NCBI RefSeq assembly: GCF_006345805.1
Contig: NC_043005.1
Coordinates: 11,470,001 to 11,534,000 of the forward strand
DNA: 64,000 nucleotides
From: Octopus sinensis
Taxonomy: Eukaryota
Direction of reading: 5' to 3'
How positions within the stretch are numbered: the stretch's first letter is position 1; the number at the start of each line of letters is the position of its first letter. The notes under the pieces are model-generated. The model worked only from the letters and a program-made list of their open reading frames with translations. It made no database searches and was not told the origin of the DNA. Position numbers and translations under genes: made by a program. This document shows, in pieces, positions 40,255-53,594 of this stretch.

Positions 40255-40668
40255 GTTACTCTCTTTTACTCTTTTACTTGTTTCAGTCATTTGAATGCGG
40301 CCATGCTGGAGCACCGCCTTTAGTCGAGCAAATCGATCCCCAGGACTTATTATTTGGAAGCCTAGTACTTATTCTATCGGTTTTCTTTTGCCGAACCGCT
40401 AAGTTATGGGGACGTAAACACACCAGCATCGATGTCAAGTGATGTTGGGGAGGGGACAAACACAGACACAGAAACATATACATACATACATACACACATA
40501 CATACATACGACGGGCTTCTTTCAGTTTCCGTCTACCAAATCCACTCACAAGGCTTTGGTTGGGCCGAGGCTATAGTAGAAGACACTTACCCAAGGTGCC
40601 ACGCAGTGGGACTGAACCCAAAACCATCTGGTTGGAAAGCAAGCTACGTACCACGCAGCCACTCCTGC
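40255..40668 (-). mobile_element. SINE family C
   Basis: Collinear with other C copies. Confidence 0.92.
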
Positions 40669-41670
40669 GCGTAGATTCATCTGATGCCATTTTTATGTGG
40701 GTATGTGTATGGGTATCTCTTCTCATTACTGATTTTAAGAGACGCATCTTATCATTTCAGCAGAATATATTGATTAGAAAGAACGTATGTGTTGAAGTGT
40801 ATTCATACTAATGGAACTTGAAGCAAGCCTAATAGTGAATATTTTGTTAAAACTATTTTCAATATTTTTTTCTATAAAGTGTGGTAAGAATTTTTACAAT
40901 GTACTAAAACCTGTTAGTGAGAGAAAGCATAAAGACAAATATAAATAAAAAAAACTTGTTAGTGATTCTCAAGTGTAAACAATTTGTAGAAATGAAACAT
41001 TTAATTCAAAATCTTAATTGATATGTTTAGGGAAACTCTGGACTTAACTTGCAAGCAGAATGATACTTATGGGCATGTTCTCAGTCTTAATGGACTTCGT
41101 GAAGGAACCGTGTCAAACTCAAGAATGCTTTGATCTGTCGGTTAAATGTTTTGCTTAAGGAAACAAGACGAAGATTTTTGAATTGTCTTAATTTGGAAAA
41201 TTAAAAAAGAGCAAAGAGAAATAAATCAAACGAGCTAATGATATTTATTTATATAAGTGAAAACGTAATAAATGCCGCATGCAGAAAATTAAAAGTGAAT
41301 AGAAATTTCTTATTTGGAGAAGTAGTATCGTGAACTGTGAGTGACACGAAAAGAAAAGGGATAATTATTAGAACTTGAGAATCAAATTCACAAGGTCAAT
41401 TTTTGTACCCACGGGTTTACATTTTAACTTTGTAGAGAATGCTTTGTACGTCATTAAGGATGGCACTTTTTAAATTAGTCTACGAGTTATTTCTCTTCAA
41501 CTTATTTTATTGTTTTTACTTATGCAATTTCCACTGGCCCCTAATTTTTATAACTCTTCCTTTTATGTATAATCAGGTGTCACCGTATGGAGTTTGATTA
41601 TATCCACTGATCAGGTCCACAGATACCAAAACATGATCATAACTGGGGTTTTTTTTTTGCCTTCTAACAG

Positions 41671-41902
41671 GGTGCAGACATTGTTGTTAGCATAGAGAGT
41701 AATTTTGTGAAAATGATTCTGAATTTCTTGAAATTACCTCTCCTTTTCGTTTTTGGATTTGGTTTGCAAGATTCTTTATATGAGTTCGTGTGTTGAAGCA
41801 TATTCTGTTGTGTCTGGGGAGCGTCCAAGACTATTGAAAAGGTTGCAAGACGCAACGAAAATTTTAGAAAATAAAAATAAGAAATAAGTGGAAATTTTAC
41901 CG
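41671..41902 (+). other. Candidate spliced exon (probably non-coding/5'UTR)
   Basis: Acceptor (t)10gccttctaacag| at 41670 and donor ccg|gtgagt at 41903; all three frames contain stops. Confidence 0.35.
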
Positions 41903-42445
41903 GTGAGTATGTTAAATAATAAGGCACTAAAAGAGAATGACTCTCCCCAGACACCTCTCCTTTTATTTTAGAGTTTGTTTCCATCTAAGGTGGGAAATTT
42001 TAATTAATCTAGATATTTTGCGCACGTCACTTAATACATTGTCTCTTTAAATTCTTACCACACTTTACAGATTAGAAAGAACACACTAAAAAAAAGTATT
42101 GTCAATTATATTGTTTCATGTTCTATCTTTATTAATATCTTCCAGCATATATGTGTTTTTATAATCAATATATTCGAATGATATGAAAACATGACATACC
42201 TTTTAATATCTGTAATGAGAACAGAAAATGTGCATACATAAACACGTATGAATGCTGCCATACAGATATAAATAAATATTACGAATATCTTCTTTGTTTC
42301 AATAATCTTCCGTTAGAATTCCATTGCTATCTACAATGTATTATAGGACTTGACTTCACGACATAATTAGCGCATTATTTTTTCGACCCACGATGACCAA
42401 CCAGTTAATCCAGTTGATTAAATTTGCATAAGTAAAAACAATAAA

Positions 42446-42613
42446 CAGGAGTGGCTGTGTGGTAAGTAGCTTGCTTACGAACCACATGGTTCCAGGTTCA
42501 TTCCCACTGCGTGGTACCTTGGGCAAGTGTCTTCTACTATAGCCTCAGGCCGACCAAAGCCTTGTGAGTCGATTTGGTAGACGGAAACTGAAAGAAGCCT
42601 GTCGTATGAATAT

Positions 42614-42686
<73 letters not shown>

Positions 42687-42691
42687 ATATA

Positions 42692-42739
<48 letters not shown>

Positions 42740-42957
42740 TTGTGTGTCTATGTGTGTCTCCCAGCATCGCTTGACAACCGATAGTGGTGTGTTTATGTCT
42801 CCGTAACTTAGCAGTTCAGCAAAAGAGACCGTTAGAATAAGTACTAAGCTTACAAAGTGTAAGTCCTGGGGTCGATTTGCTCGACTAAAGGCGGTGCTCC
42901 AGCATGGCCGCAGTCAAATGAGTGAAACAAGTAAAAGAGTAAATAGAGAGTAAAGAG
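42446..42957 (+). mobile_element. SINE family C with expanded internal (TA)n
   Basis: caggagtggctgtgtggtaagtagc head; gtaaaagagta tail. Confidence 0.93.
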
Positions 42958-43069
42958 TTCTTAGTTTTCTGAACGCCTATTAAAAATTAACCCATTTCAA
43001 ATCAATTTAGCCAGACAATCAAATCTGGCATTTTGATGATTCTGTCCCTTCAGTAGTTTTTAATATACT

Positions 43070-43540
43070 TTTCTACTCTAACCACAAGGCACGAAATTTT
43101 GGGGGAAGGGGGCCAGTCGATTAAATCGATCCCAGTACGCAAGGGGATACACACAGAGGCGACAAACAAGGACAGACAAAGGGATTAAGTCGATTATATC
43201 GACCCCAGTGCGTTACTGGTACTTATTTAATCGACCCCGAAAGAATGAAAGGCAAAGTCGACCTCGACGGAATTTGAACTCAGAACGTAGAGGCAGACGA
43301 AATACCTATTTCTTTACTACCCACAAGGGGCTAAACACAGAGGCGACAAACAAGGACAGACAAACGGATTAAGTCGATTATATCGACCCCAGTGCGTTAC
43401 TGGTACTTATTTAATCGACCCCGAAAGAATGAAAGGCAAAGTCGACCTCGGCGGAATTTGAACTGAGAACGTAACGGCAGACGAAATACGGCTAAGTATT
43501 TCGCCCGGCGTGCTAAAGCTTCTGCAAGCTCGCCGCCATC
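43070..43540 (-). mobile_element. SINE family B head-and-body array fused to an older tail
   Basis: gacgaaatacctatttcttta junction at ~43300. Confidence 0.9.
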
Positions 43541-43885
43541 ATATAACAACAAGGTCACATATATTTTGTAAAAGAGCATTGTGGATTCAATGTAACCTAC
43601 TTTTTGACTGGTATTTATTTCACTGACTCCTTAAAGATGAAATGTGTGTCTATATTCGCAGGAACTGAAGCAGAATGTAAAAGGTGGGTATTAAATACAA
43701 GATATTAAGTTAGCTCCTCTACTGATTCTGCCAATCAACGCCATTTTCTTTTACACAGCCAAATGACAAACTCGGAAGCTTCTACAATCGTAGCCAAAAG
43801 TTTGCAACATTTCTTTAAAGATCACAATTGTTCTGTCCAAGCACAATTCAATAGTTGTGTCTCCCTTCGTTCATGAATGACCATG

Positions 43886-44008
43886 GAACCTCGTGGACCT
43901 TAGGTGTTTTCGCTCAATAAACACTCACAATACCCGGTCTGGGAATTGAAACCGCGACCCTAAGACCGCGAGTCCGCTGCCCTAAACTCTGGGCTATTGC
44001 GCCTCCAC
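43886..44008 (-). mobile_element. SINE family A, 5' part only
   Basis: Ends ..attgcgcctccac like the full copies. Confidence 0.88.
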
Positions 44009-44037
44009 AATATTCAAATATTAATAATTCAAATATT

Positions 44038-44424
44038 GGATGGGAAGCACTCCATCGGTTACGACGACGAGGGTTCCGGTTGATCCGATCAACGGAACAG
44101 CCTGCTCGTGAAATTAACGTGTAAGTGGCTGAGCACTCCACAGACACGTGTACCCTTAGCGTGGTTCTCGGGGATATTCAGCGTGACACAGAGAGTGACA
44201 AGGCCGGCCCTTTGAAATACAGGTACAACAGAAACAGGAAGTAAGAGTGAGAGAAAGTTGTGGTGAAAGAGTGCAGCAGGGATCACCACCATCCCTGCCG
44301 GAGCCTCGTGGAGCTTTAGGCGTTTTCGCTCAATAAACACTCACAACGCCCGGTCTGGGAATCGAAACCGCGATCCTACGACCGCGAGTCCGCTGCCCTA
44401 ACCACTGGGCCATTGCGCCTCCAC
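44038..44424 (-). mobile_element. SINE family A
   Basis: TSD aattcaaatatt (44026-44037, 44425-44436). Confidence 0.94.
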
Positions 44425-45586
44425 AATTCAAATATTACAACGTAGAGATATACTTACCTAAAAGCTGATCCAATAGTTCAATATCTAGAAGAAATAATTA
44501 GCAAAGTAAAAAAATATAGTTCTACACCAAATAATAATATATTGAAAATTAAATATAACTTCAGGCATTTAATATAAAAATTCTTATTTTCAGGCCTAAG
44601 TTTCAAACGTTTGGTCACGAGTGTGTGTAGTCGCTTCACTAAATAGCAATCATCTCTCCTTAAACTCGCAAACTTTACAACCCTAAGTTTGAACAGAGAT
44701 ATTAAAAAGAGAGTCTAAGATATACAATGAGAAGGGATTGTAACAGGTAGGATTGTTCATTCAGGGCCGACAAGGGAATATGCAGCAGTAACAACTACAC
44801 CAGCCACAACAGCAACAACAACAACAAAAACAACCAAAACGCAAAACCATTTCTAGTGCTCCATTGATTCAGAATTTACCGATTCACTGTAAAACACATT
44901 CTCTGAGAAATAATAAAGTTCATTCATAATATCTGTAATTAAATACACACTTTGATCTTTCATTTTCTTAGTATTCCCCTGTCACATGCACCCCTTCTGT
45001 CGTAGAATTTGTCTCTAACTTAATTTAATACACTAATTTGCCTCTAATGAAATTAACTGTGCTGCAAATACTTGAGCCTTCGGTCTCATCCTACTCCGCC
45101 CAGTCTTGGTGAACCTGAAATAAACTTATGGTGCTTCAGTTCTTCTTTGGCTCAGTCATCAGAAATAAAACTCTTTCTTCTATTGGCGCCACAAAGCTTG
45201 AAATTTTAAGGTTGGCGTTTAGTCGGTTACATGGATACTAGTGTTCAACTGGTAATTATTTTAGCGATACAGAAAAGATGAAAGACAGAGTTAACCCTGG
45301 TGGAATTTGAACACAGAATAACCGGAAGAATTTATCAACCAAGCGTTTTAATTATCAAAAATACGAGAAAAGATTTTTTTTAAATCACAGGAAATGGTTT
45401 CAAACTTTATACACGAACCGTCTTTAATTAAAAACCAAGAGAACAAGTTCGATTCTCAAATCAAGAACAGCAAAGTCAACGTCTGATCTGAAAAATGAAG
45501 AGTAACTGACACTCAGAAAGAAATAAAGACAAAACGAAAAGAAACAGACGTAGAAATAAAGAAGTGGGTGATAATTAGAAATAAAT

Positions 45587-45974
45587 GGAAGCACTCCGTC
45601 GATTACGACGACGAGGGTTCCGGTTGATCCGAATCAACGGAACAGCCTGCTCGTGAAATTAACGTGTAAGTGGCTGAGCACTCCACAGACACGTGTACCC
45701 TTAACGTAGTTCTCGGGGATATTCAGCGTGACACAGAGAGTGACAAGGCCGGCCCTTTGAAATACAGGTACAACAGAAAGAGGAAGTAAGAGTGAGAGAA
45801 AGTTGTGGTGAAAGAGTACAGCAGGGATCACCACCACCATCCCCTGCCGGAGCCTCGTGGAGCTTTTAGGTGTTTTCGCTCAATAAACACTCACAACGCC
45901 CGGTCTGGGAATCGAAACCGCGATCCTATGACCGCGAGTCCGCTGCCCTAACCACTGGGCCATTGCGCCTCCAC
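45587..45974 (-). mobile_element. SINE family A
   Basis: TSD ttagaaataaat (45575-45586, 45975-45986). Confidence 0.94.
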
Positions 45975-46105
45975 TTAGAAATAAATATGTTGTCTCCCTC
46001 TCACCAACTCCCAGATAAGGTGGCCGGTGTTAAGGGACAGGTGCACAAGGTTTGTCTACGTTGTTGAAGTGAAAACAATACGAGATGCTTTTGTTCTAAG
46101 TTTCT

Positions 46106-46155
46106 GATTTTTTTATTACCCACAAGGGGCGATACAGAAGGGACATTACAAAACA
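46106..46155 (-). mobile_element. 50 bp 5'-truncated family B tail insertion
   Basis: ttattacccacaagggg tail; 16 bp TSD tttgttctaagtttct (46090-46105, 46156-46171). Confidence 0.7.
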
Positions 46156-47262
46156 TTTGTTCTAAGTTTCTTACCAGGTTGAAGTGGTATGAACAATGTC
46201 ACTGTTGTTATCGCCGCTGCTATTGTTGCTCTTGCAGTTGTCATTTAGTTTAAGTTAAATCTGATTGGGCAAAGATATGCTCTAAGGCACTCCCGCAGTG
46301 AACATGCAATCTTTTTGTGTATCCAGTATCATTTTTATCTCGTGTGTACTTCGGCTTTGAAGACGATAAGAAGCGTGTTTTGATGGAATTTTGGTGCTGT
46401 TCTTGGAGAGTTTTGCTTCGTCACTTTTTGACGCTTTGGCTCACGACAAGAACAGTGAAATATTTACTCATTTAATTCTGTCCTCTGCAATCTCATTGTT
46501 TACGATAAATATCTCTTATATAACTAACTGCCTTATAACTGACACAGACCAGACATAAGGATGTTAGTTGGGGAATTATATTCACCCATATACCTGACTA
46601 AGGCTCCGAGATGGCAGAATCGTTAGCATGTCGGACAAAATGCGTAAGCGGCTCTCTAAATCTTGCGTTCTAATTCCACCATGGCCAACTTGGTCTTAAA
46701 TCCCGTCGTGATCTATAAAATGAAGTACCTGACAAATAATAGGACTGATGCAACCAACTTTTCTCCTCTTTTCAAAAATTACTAACCTTCAACTTGATTT
46801 GAGTTAGATCTGACAACTATTTCTAGCTGCACAAAACAGCTTCATCCTTGACACGTGCTAGTAATTTTGTTACTAGTGCTAGTGGTTCCGTTCAGGGGAA
46901 ATGCTGTGATCTCAGTTCTTAGAGATCATGGAAATCGGGTAATCGGCCTTGTCAGTTCTAGAGATCAAGCAATAAAAAAAAATGTAGAGATCTTTTTTGC
47001 TATATTACCGACCTCAGATGAATGATATGCAGTGTTGATCATGGCTAGATCAGAACTCGAAATGTAAAGGGTTGAAAGACATACCACAAGGCATTTTATC
47101 CGACACACTAATGATTTTGCCAGTCCATCACCCTGAACCACATTCATTCTACTGTACATTGGTTTCAAATTTTAGCACGAGGCCAGCGGTCTGCTATACA
47201 CCGCCCTCTATTTATTAGCGTTCAACTCGATACATGCCAGTTTGCACTAAACTGCAACTGCA

Positions 47263-47452
47263 GTGGAAGCGCAATGCCTCAGTGGTTAGGGCAGCGCACT
47301 AGCGGTCGTAAGAACGCGGTTTCGTTTCCCAGACCTGGCATTGTAAGTGTTTATTGAGCAAAAACACCTAAGGTCCACAAAGTTCCGGCAGGGGGTGGTG
47401 GTGAACCCCGCTGTACCCTTTCACCACAACTTTCTCTCACTCTTTCTTCCTA
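47263..47452 (+). mobile_element. SINE family A, diverged 5' half
   Basis: gtggaagcgcaatgcctcagtggttagggcagc head. Confidence 0.85.
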
Positions 47453-47730
47453 CTTCTGCCATAAAGCAGAGGAACCATGGTGTAACCCATTATGGTGTAG
47501 TAAACTTTCAGAGCCTAGTCTAGATTGCGAATCCTCTGTTAAAAGCCACTATTTACGGAATGAGGAAAACAACGTAGCTTTCGCGCCCGTGCAACCGCCA
47601 GTCTATCGCGTGTGGTGGGTAGATCTTCAAATTGCCACACGCATTCTTACTAGCTTAGAGTAGGCTCGAATTAGAGATTATTCTTTGGCTAATGGCATGA
47701 GTCCTGATTGGAAGAAGAAGAAGAAGACAG

Positions 47731-47786
<56 letters not shown>

Positions 47787-47787
47787 A

Positions 47788-47818
<31 letters not shown>

Positions 47819-48839
47819 TTCTTCAACTAAACGATGACGAATGTGTTGCTATGTGCTAGAATAATTCGAATTTGCCCCGTTCCTTTTGTTCAGGTGAACT
47901 TTGCTTCTGATTATTTAAAATATCTCAGGAGGACGCCATCCTTGAATTAAATATATCTCGATTATCCGGAAGCCTACACAAGAATTCTTGTTGTGTGGAC
48001 AGTTTAAAATTAGTGAATTTAAAACGATTAAGTAGCTTACAGACGACATAGAGTCATAGCGTCAGAGAGAAGGAAGGAAGCTGTACATGAACAATGAAAA
48101 CAGTGTTACTTGTCATCTGTATCTGGTTAGAGAGATCAGTAACAATTGAAATACGTCCTCCATTGGGGATTTTCAGTTGTTTAATCGGAAATGTCCAGTC
48201 TCTGGTGAAATTTTTGGATGCCTGTCAGACGAAAACTTTTACACAGTATCCTTTAATTTGATATATTGTTATTATTACCGTTTTCCTTGTTTAGCCCCAG
48301 GTCAACCCTGATCGAGAACGTTTCTGATCATAGTCATTGTAGCCATGACCATCTCTTTTTTTTTTGCACCTTTTCCCAAACCAATGCTTTTTGTTTCATT
48401 TTTAAGACATGGCTCCAAACAGGTTCATCCTTGACACGTGCTAGTGGTTTTGTCAAGTAACCCTGATCAACCTCAGTGAAGCAAACCATTGATCAAAAGT
48501 ACTCTTGTTATGACTATCTCGTTTATCACCACCACAGCCAGATACCCTGTGCCTGGGACTATATTAATGTATCTTTCTTTTTATGAGGTAATGTTGTAAA
48601 TCTTTTAGAATTTGACCAGGTAGAGGGACTGTTTGAATATTCTCTCCTGACCTAGTAATTTAATTGCTTGATTGAGACAAGAGGCATCATTCATTTACCA
48701 TGTCTTATTACCGAGAATGAAACTAAAACTACAGGGTGTAACGTCAATCAACAGGAATATAAAGCAAACAAATGCAAACACCCAATTTTCGTTGACACCA
48801 GAGACATAAGAATAAAACCCTCAATTTGATAATCTAGAT

Positions 48840-49521
48840 CAGTAGTTCTCAACCAGGATCCATATGATCCTTGGGGGGTCAACATAAAATTTTGTTAAAT
48901 ATTATGTACAATGAATTGATTATATTAATAGTTATCGCCAAGCTAATACGGCAGTCCAGAAATATAGGACAAATGCTGCCGTTGATTAGCTCCAAGAGGC
49001 CATCGCCTCTAGCTAGCTATGTCACAACACGAACCTGTGTCCATTATAACCTTGGAAAAGGGGAGGTCATCCGCTTCCCTTTGCTGGTAAAAATACCCTG
49101 AAACTTGTCTGCAGATTCCTGACCAGCAAGGGGAAGCGGCTGACCTCCCCTGTTCGAAGGTTATAATGGACACAGTTTCGTGTATCACATAGCTAGCTAG
49201 AGGCGATGGCCTGTTGGAGCTAATCAACAGCAGCATTTGTCCTATATTTCTGGACTGCCATATTAGCTTGGGGATAACTATTAATATCCAGTACCGCTGC
49301 CGTAGTCTCCTTTAGAGAGACTTAGAAATTTTAATATTTCTATAAGTTTATTACACTTCTACAATAAACACGATATTTTAGCAATATTTTAATTTAATTC
49401 TTAATAATATTTAATTTCAAAAGTATCATAGAATTTTTGAACATCAAATAGCTGAGAGAATCCATGCGAGTAAAATGTGAAACAAAGAAGTCCGTAGATT
49501 GAAAGTGGTTAAGAACCACTG
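48840..49521. mobile_element. hAT (Charlie-like) MITE carrying an internal foldback
   Basis: TIRs cagtagttctcaacc / ggttaagaaccactg; 8 bp TSD atctagat / atctatat (NTCTAGAN-type target). Confidence 0.85.
48922..49286. repeat. ~365 bp foldback (two ~170 bp arms, ~30 nt loop)
   Basis: Arms are reverse complements with about 11 differences counted by eye. Confidence 0.92.
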
Positions 49522-51299
49522 ATCTATATGTTCAGAGTTTGTTCAGTTCATAAATATTTCTTTTCGGATAATTTTACTCCACCAGAGAATAAAGATATTT
49601 CTTTATTTCAATATCCTCATTTAATTATTTTGCTATGTACCTCCAGAACAATCCACTCTTATGTGCGTGTGGCTAAAACGTTTTCACGGTGAATGGGTTC
49701 CCACGTTAATTCGTAAATTCCAGGCTCACCACGCTGGTTCAAAAATACAGTGACCTATGTAATGGACTCATAAACGTTCGAACCTTAACGTGTTGACTAG
49801 TGATCCATATAGCCGTTCCTCTCCATTAATCCGTAAACTGTATGGATCTGTAAGAAAGTACTCTACTGTTTTAAAGTGATGCGTCTGGAGAACGGGCAAC
49901 GCCCATGAGCCTTTCAGACCCTTAGGTACAGATGAGTATTAACAATATAATCTTTCTTATTCACTATTTGTTTCAGTTATAAATTATTCCATTTTGTATG
50001 ACTTTAGCATTTCATAGGATGAAGACATTTCCATTTCTCAAAGACGTTCGCCTTTATATATAGAAGTTAAATGTTTCTAAAACCCACATTCAATTTATCT
50101 TTCTATAAATAGGTAAAACATCAAAACCGCCTGAAAGCGACACACATTTGGAGCAGTTGAAGGAGACAGATCTAGATTCCACAGCAACTATTTGTAGCTT
50201 CGTGAACCGAAACGAAGTATTTCGTTTACTTTTATCAAGAGACACTGCCGCCGCTGCCTTAAGATAAATTCATGTTTGCTCTCTCTCCGTATATCCGGTC
50301 TCCTAGCTCACAATATATCTCTAAAGATTATCAGGATAATATTGTCACTATACAACAACGTGTACGGTAATGTGTAGTTTATGTATGTGCGTGCGTAGCG
50401 TGTTTGCGTGTGCTTGTGTGTATACATGAGATCTTTATGAGTGTATGTGTGCGCGTAATCGTTTGTATATGGTTACTATATCTTCATATAAATCCGTGTG
50501 TGTGTGTGTGTGTGTGTCTAGTGTACATTAATGCTTATCTGAAATGAAATTCTACGTGTGTGTTACTTTAATAAGCAGTCCTTATCTCCTTGTGTCTGTA
50601 TCTTACCATTTGGGAGCGCGTGTGTATGTGTGAATGCGTACGTGGTACATGTGAGAGTAGACGTGTATATACGAATGAGCATGCATGCAAATATGTGTGT
50701 GTGTGTGCGCCTGCGTGCGTGCGTTCGTGTACGTATGTACGTCTGTGTATGCACGTGTGAGTCTATGTGTCTCTGTGTGTGTGTATTTCTCGGTACATAG
50801 GTTCTTATCTTTACGTATTCTAAAATATCTTCTTCGTATATGTATAGTAGTGTGACAGTAAAGCCGAATCTGTATAGATGAATATGTGATAACATAGCAT
50901 AGAGCTGATAAACAGTATACATACAAATAGATATTTCTCTGCTATACGTTTGTGTGGCAGCACTAATATGAGCACGATATATCTTTTTTTTTTACCGTGC
51001 ATAGGCATATGAAAATTATATGTTTGTGTCAGAAACATATATCTTTGTTTTGTCTGAACATGTTATATTTGTATATGTTGTGTACGTGTGTGATATTAGT
51101 TTATGCGAGTGAGTTGACGAATGCTTGGTTTTCTGTATCTGCAGGTGTTTGTATGAATTTGTATGCAGCTTTGCATAAGTGTGAATAGTGATTGATTTTC
51201 TGTATGTGATTGTAAGCTGAGAAAAGAAATGTCTGTGTATGCATATGTATATGTACGCATTCGTGTATATACATATATGTATGTATATACAGAGAAAGA

Positions 51300-51335
51300 G
51301 AAAGAGAGTATATATATATATATATTATATATATA

Positions 51336-51383
<48 letters not shown>

Positions 51384-51386
51384 AAG

Positions 51387-51419
<33 letters not shown>

Positions 51420-51584
51420 CAGTATATATATAGTATATACAATATGTGTGTGTGTCTCAGTATCTATGTACTAGTGATATACATATGTAGATATAAACAT
51501 ACGTGTGTATATAAATGTATATGTGTGTATATAATATATGTATATATATATACGTATGTATATGTATATATGCATATATGCATA

Positions 51585-51630
<46 letters not shown>

Positions 51631-51732
51631 CACACACACACATATATATATATATATTATATATATATATATATACATATATATATGTAAATATATATAT
51701 ATATGTATATATATATATAATATATATGTATG

Positions 51733-51763
<31 letters not shown>

Positions 51764-51797
51764 GTATATATATATATATATTATATATATATGCATG

Positions 51798-51830
<33 letters not shown>

Positions 51831-51940
51831 GCATGTATATATATGAATATATATATATAATATATATATATATGTATTATATATATGTATATATGTATGT
51901 ATATATATATATGCATGTATATATATATATATATGATTAT
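51300..51940. repeat. (TA)n/(TATC)n/(TATG)n compound microsatellite
   Basis: Directly visible. Confidence 0.95.
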
Positions 51941-52119
51941 GGATGTCATTTTGAGCGACTATACTCGGCTAAGTCCCTGCATTTGACTGATACTTCATAT
52001 TAACAATCCAAGGAAGGCAAAAAAAGGAACTGATCCCGTATTATCAAAACTTAAATTCATGTTATTCGCTATTAAATAAGTGTTACGTAAGAGGAAGGAT
52101 GGCAGAAACTGAAGACTGA

Positions 52120-52120
52120 C

Positions 52121-52207
<87 letters not shown>

Positions 52208-52501
52208 AGGGGTATTTTTGTGTAATAATGCCGTATACAACTGTGGTGACCTTTTTGTTCGTGAGTTTAAGATTGAGTCAAGGAAAAAGAGTGGGGGAAG
52301 ATGGATAAAGAAATACATGCGGGAGAGAGAGAGAGAGTGCGAGAGAGAGAGAGTGCGAGAGAGAGAGAGTGCGAGAGGGAGAGAGTGCGAGAGAGAGAGA
52401 GAGTGCGAGAGAGAGAGAGAGAGAGAGCGAGAGGGAGAGAGCGAAATATATTTATGGATAATAATGTTTGCATGCACCTGTAACTTTGTTTTTATGAGAG
52501 T

Positions 52502-52552
<51 letters not shown>

Positions 52553-52555
52553 TAT
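52120..52555. repeat. (GATA)n, (GA)n with gagagtgcga units, and (GT)n
   Basis: Directly visible. Confidence 0.93.
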
Positions 52556-53169
52556 GTGCGTGTGTGTACGTGCAGTGTGTGCGAGCGAGCAAGAGTAAAG
52601 TTTGGAGAGAAAGAGATACATACAGACAAAGAGACAGAGAGACAGAGATATGCTTATTATCTCACTTCTGTTAACTCTCTTTTTCTGTATGTATTTGTGT
52701 TTGTGTGTGCGTACGTACGTGCGTATTCGTATTGGTACACCTGCGTGTTTGCGTGCATATGTGCGTGTGTGATTACGATAGTGCCGTGCAGCATATAACA
52801 TTGTTGCCATGGTGATTATATGTATAACTACCTCCAACAGACAGGAAGCTAATTCTGAGTATATTTCTCGGCATATAACAATGGCTGTCTTCTTGCATGT
52901 GGTACATTCGTGCTTCTCTGTTTTTGTATGTATGTATGTATGTATGTATGTATTTATGTATGTATGTATGCATGCATGTATGCATGTATGTATGTATGTA
53001 TGTATTTATGTATGTATGTATGCATGCATGCATGCATGTATGTATGTATTTATGTATGTATTTATGTATGTATGTATGTATGTATGTATGTATGCATGTA
53101 TATATGTACGTATGTATGCATTCATGCATACATGTATAATGTATGTACGTATGTATGTACGTGCGTATG

Positions 53170-53219
<50 letters not shown>

Positions 53220-53531
53220 CCTATGTATGTATGTACGTATGTATGTACTACGTATGTATATATACATATATGTATGTATGTATGTATTTATGTATGGAAG
53301 CATATATACTCTTTTATTTGTTTCAGTCATTTGACTGCGGCCATGCTGGAGCACCGCCTTTATTCGAACAAATCGACTCCAGGACTTATACATTGTAAGC
53401 CTAGTACTTATTCTATCAGTCTTTTTTTGCCGAACCGCTATGTTACGGAGACGTAAACACACCAGCATCGGTTGTCAAGCGATGGTGGCGGGACAAACAC
53501 AGACACATAAATACAGACATGCATACGCACG

Positions 53532-53590
<59 letters not shown>

Positions 53591-53594
<4 letters not shown>

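Noticed and set aside
41713-41871. MILNFLKLPLLFVFGFGL..C-UGA as a signal peptide or selenoprotein
   Set aside because: The frame is very short, with no recognisable homology or SECIS; one TGA is expected by chance.
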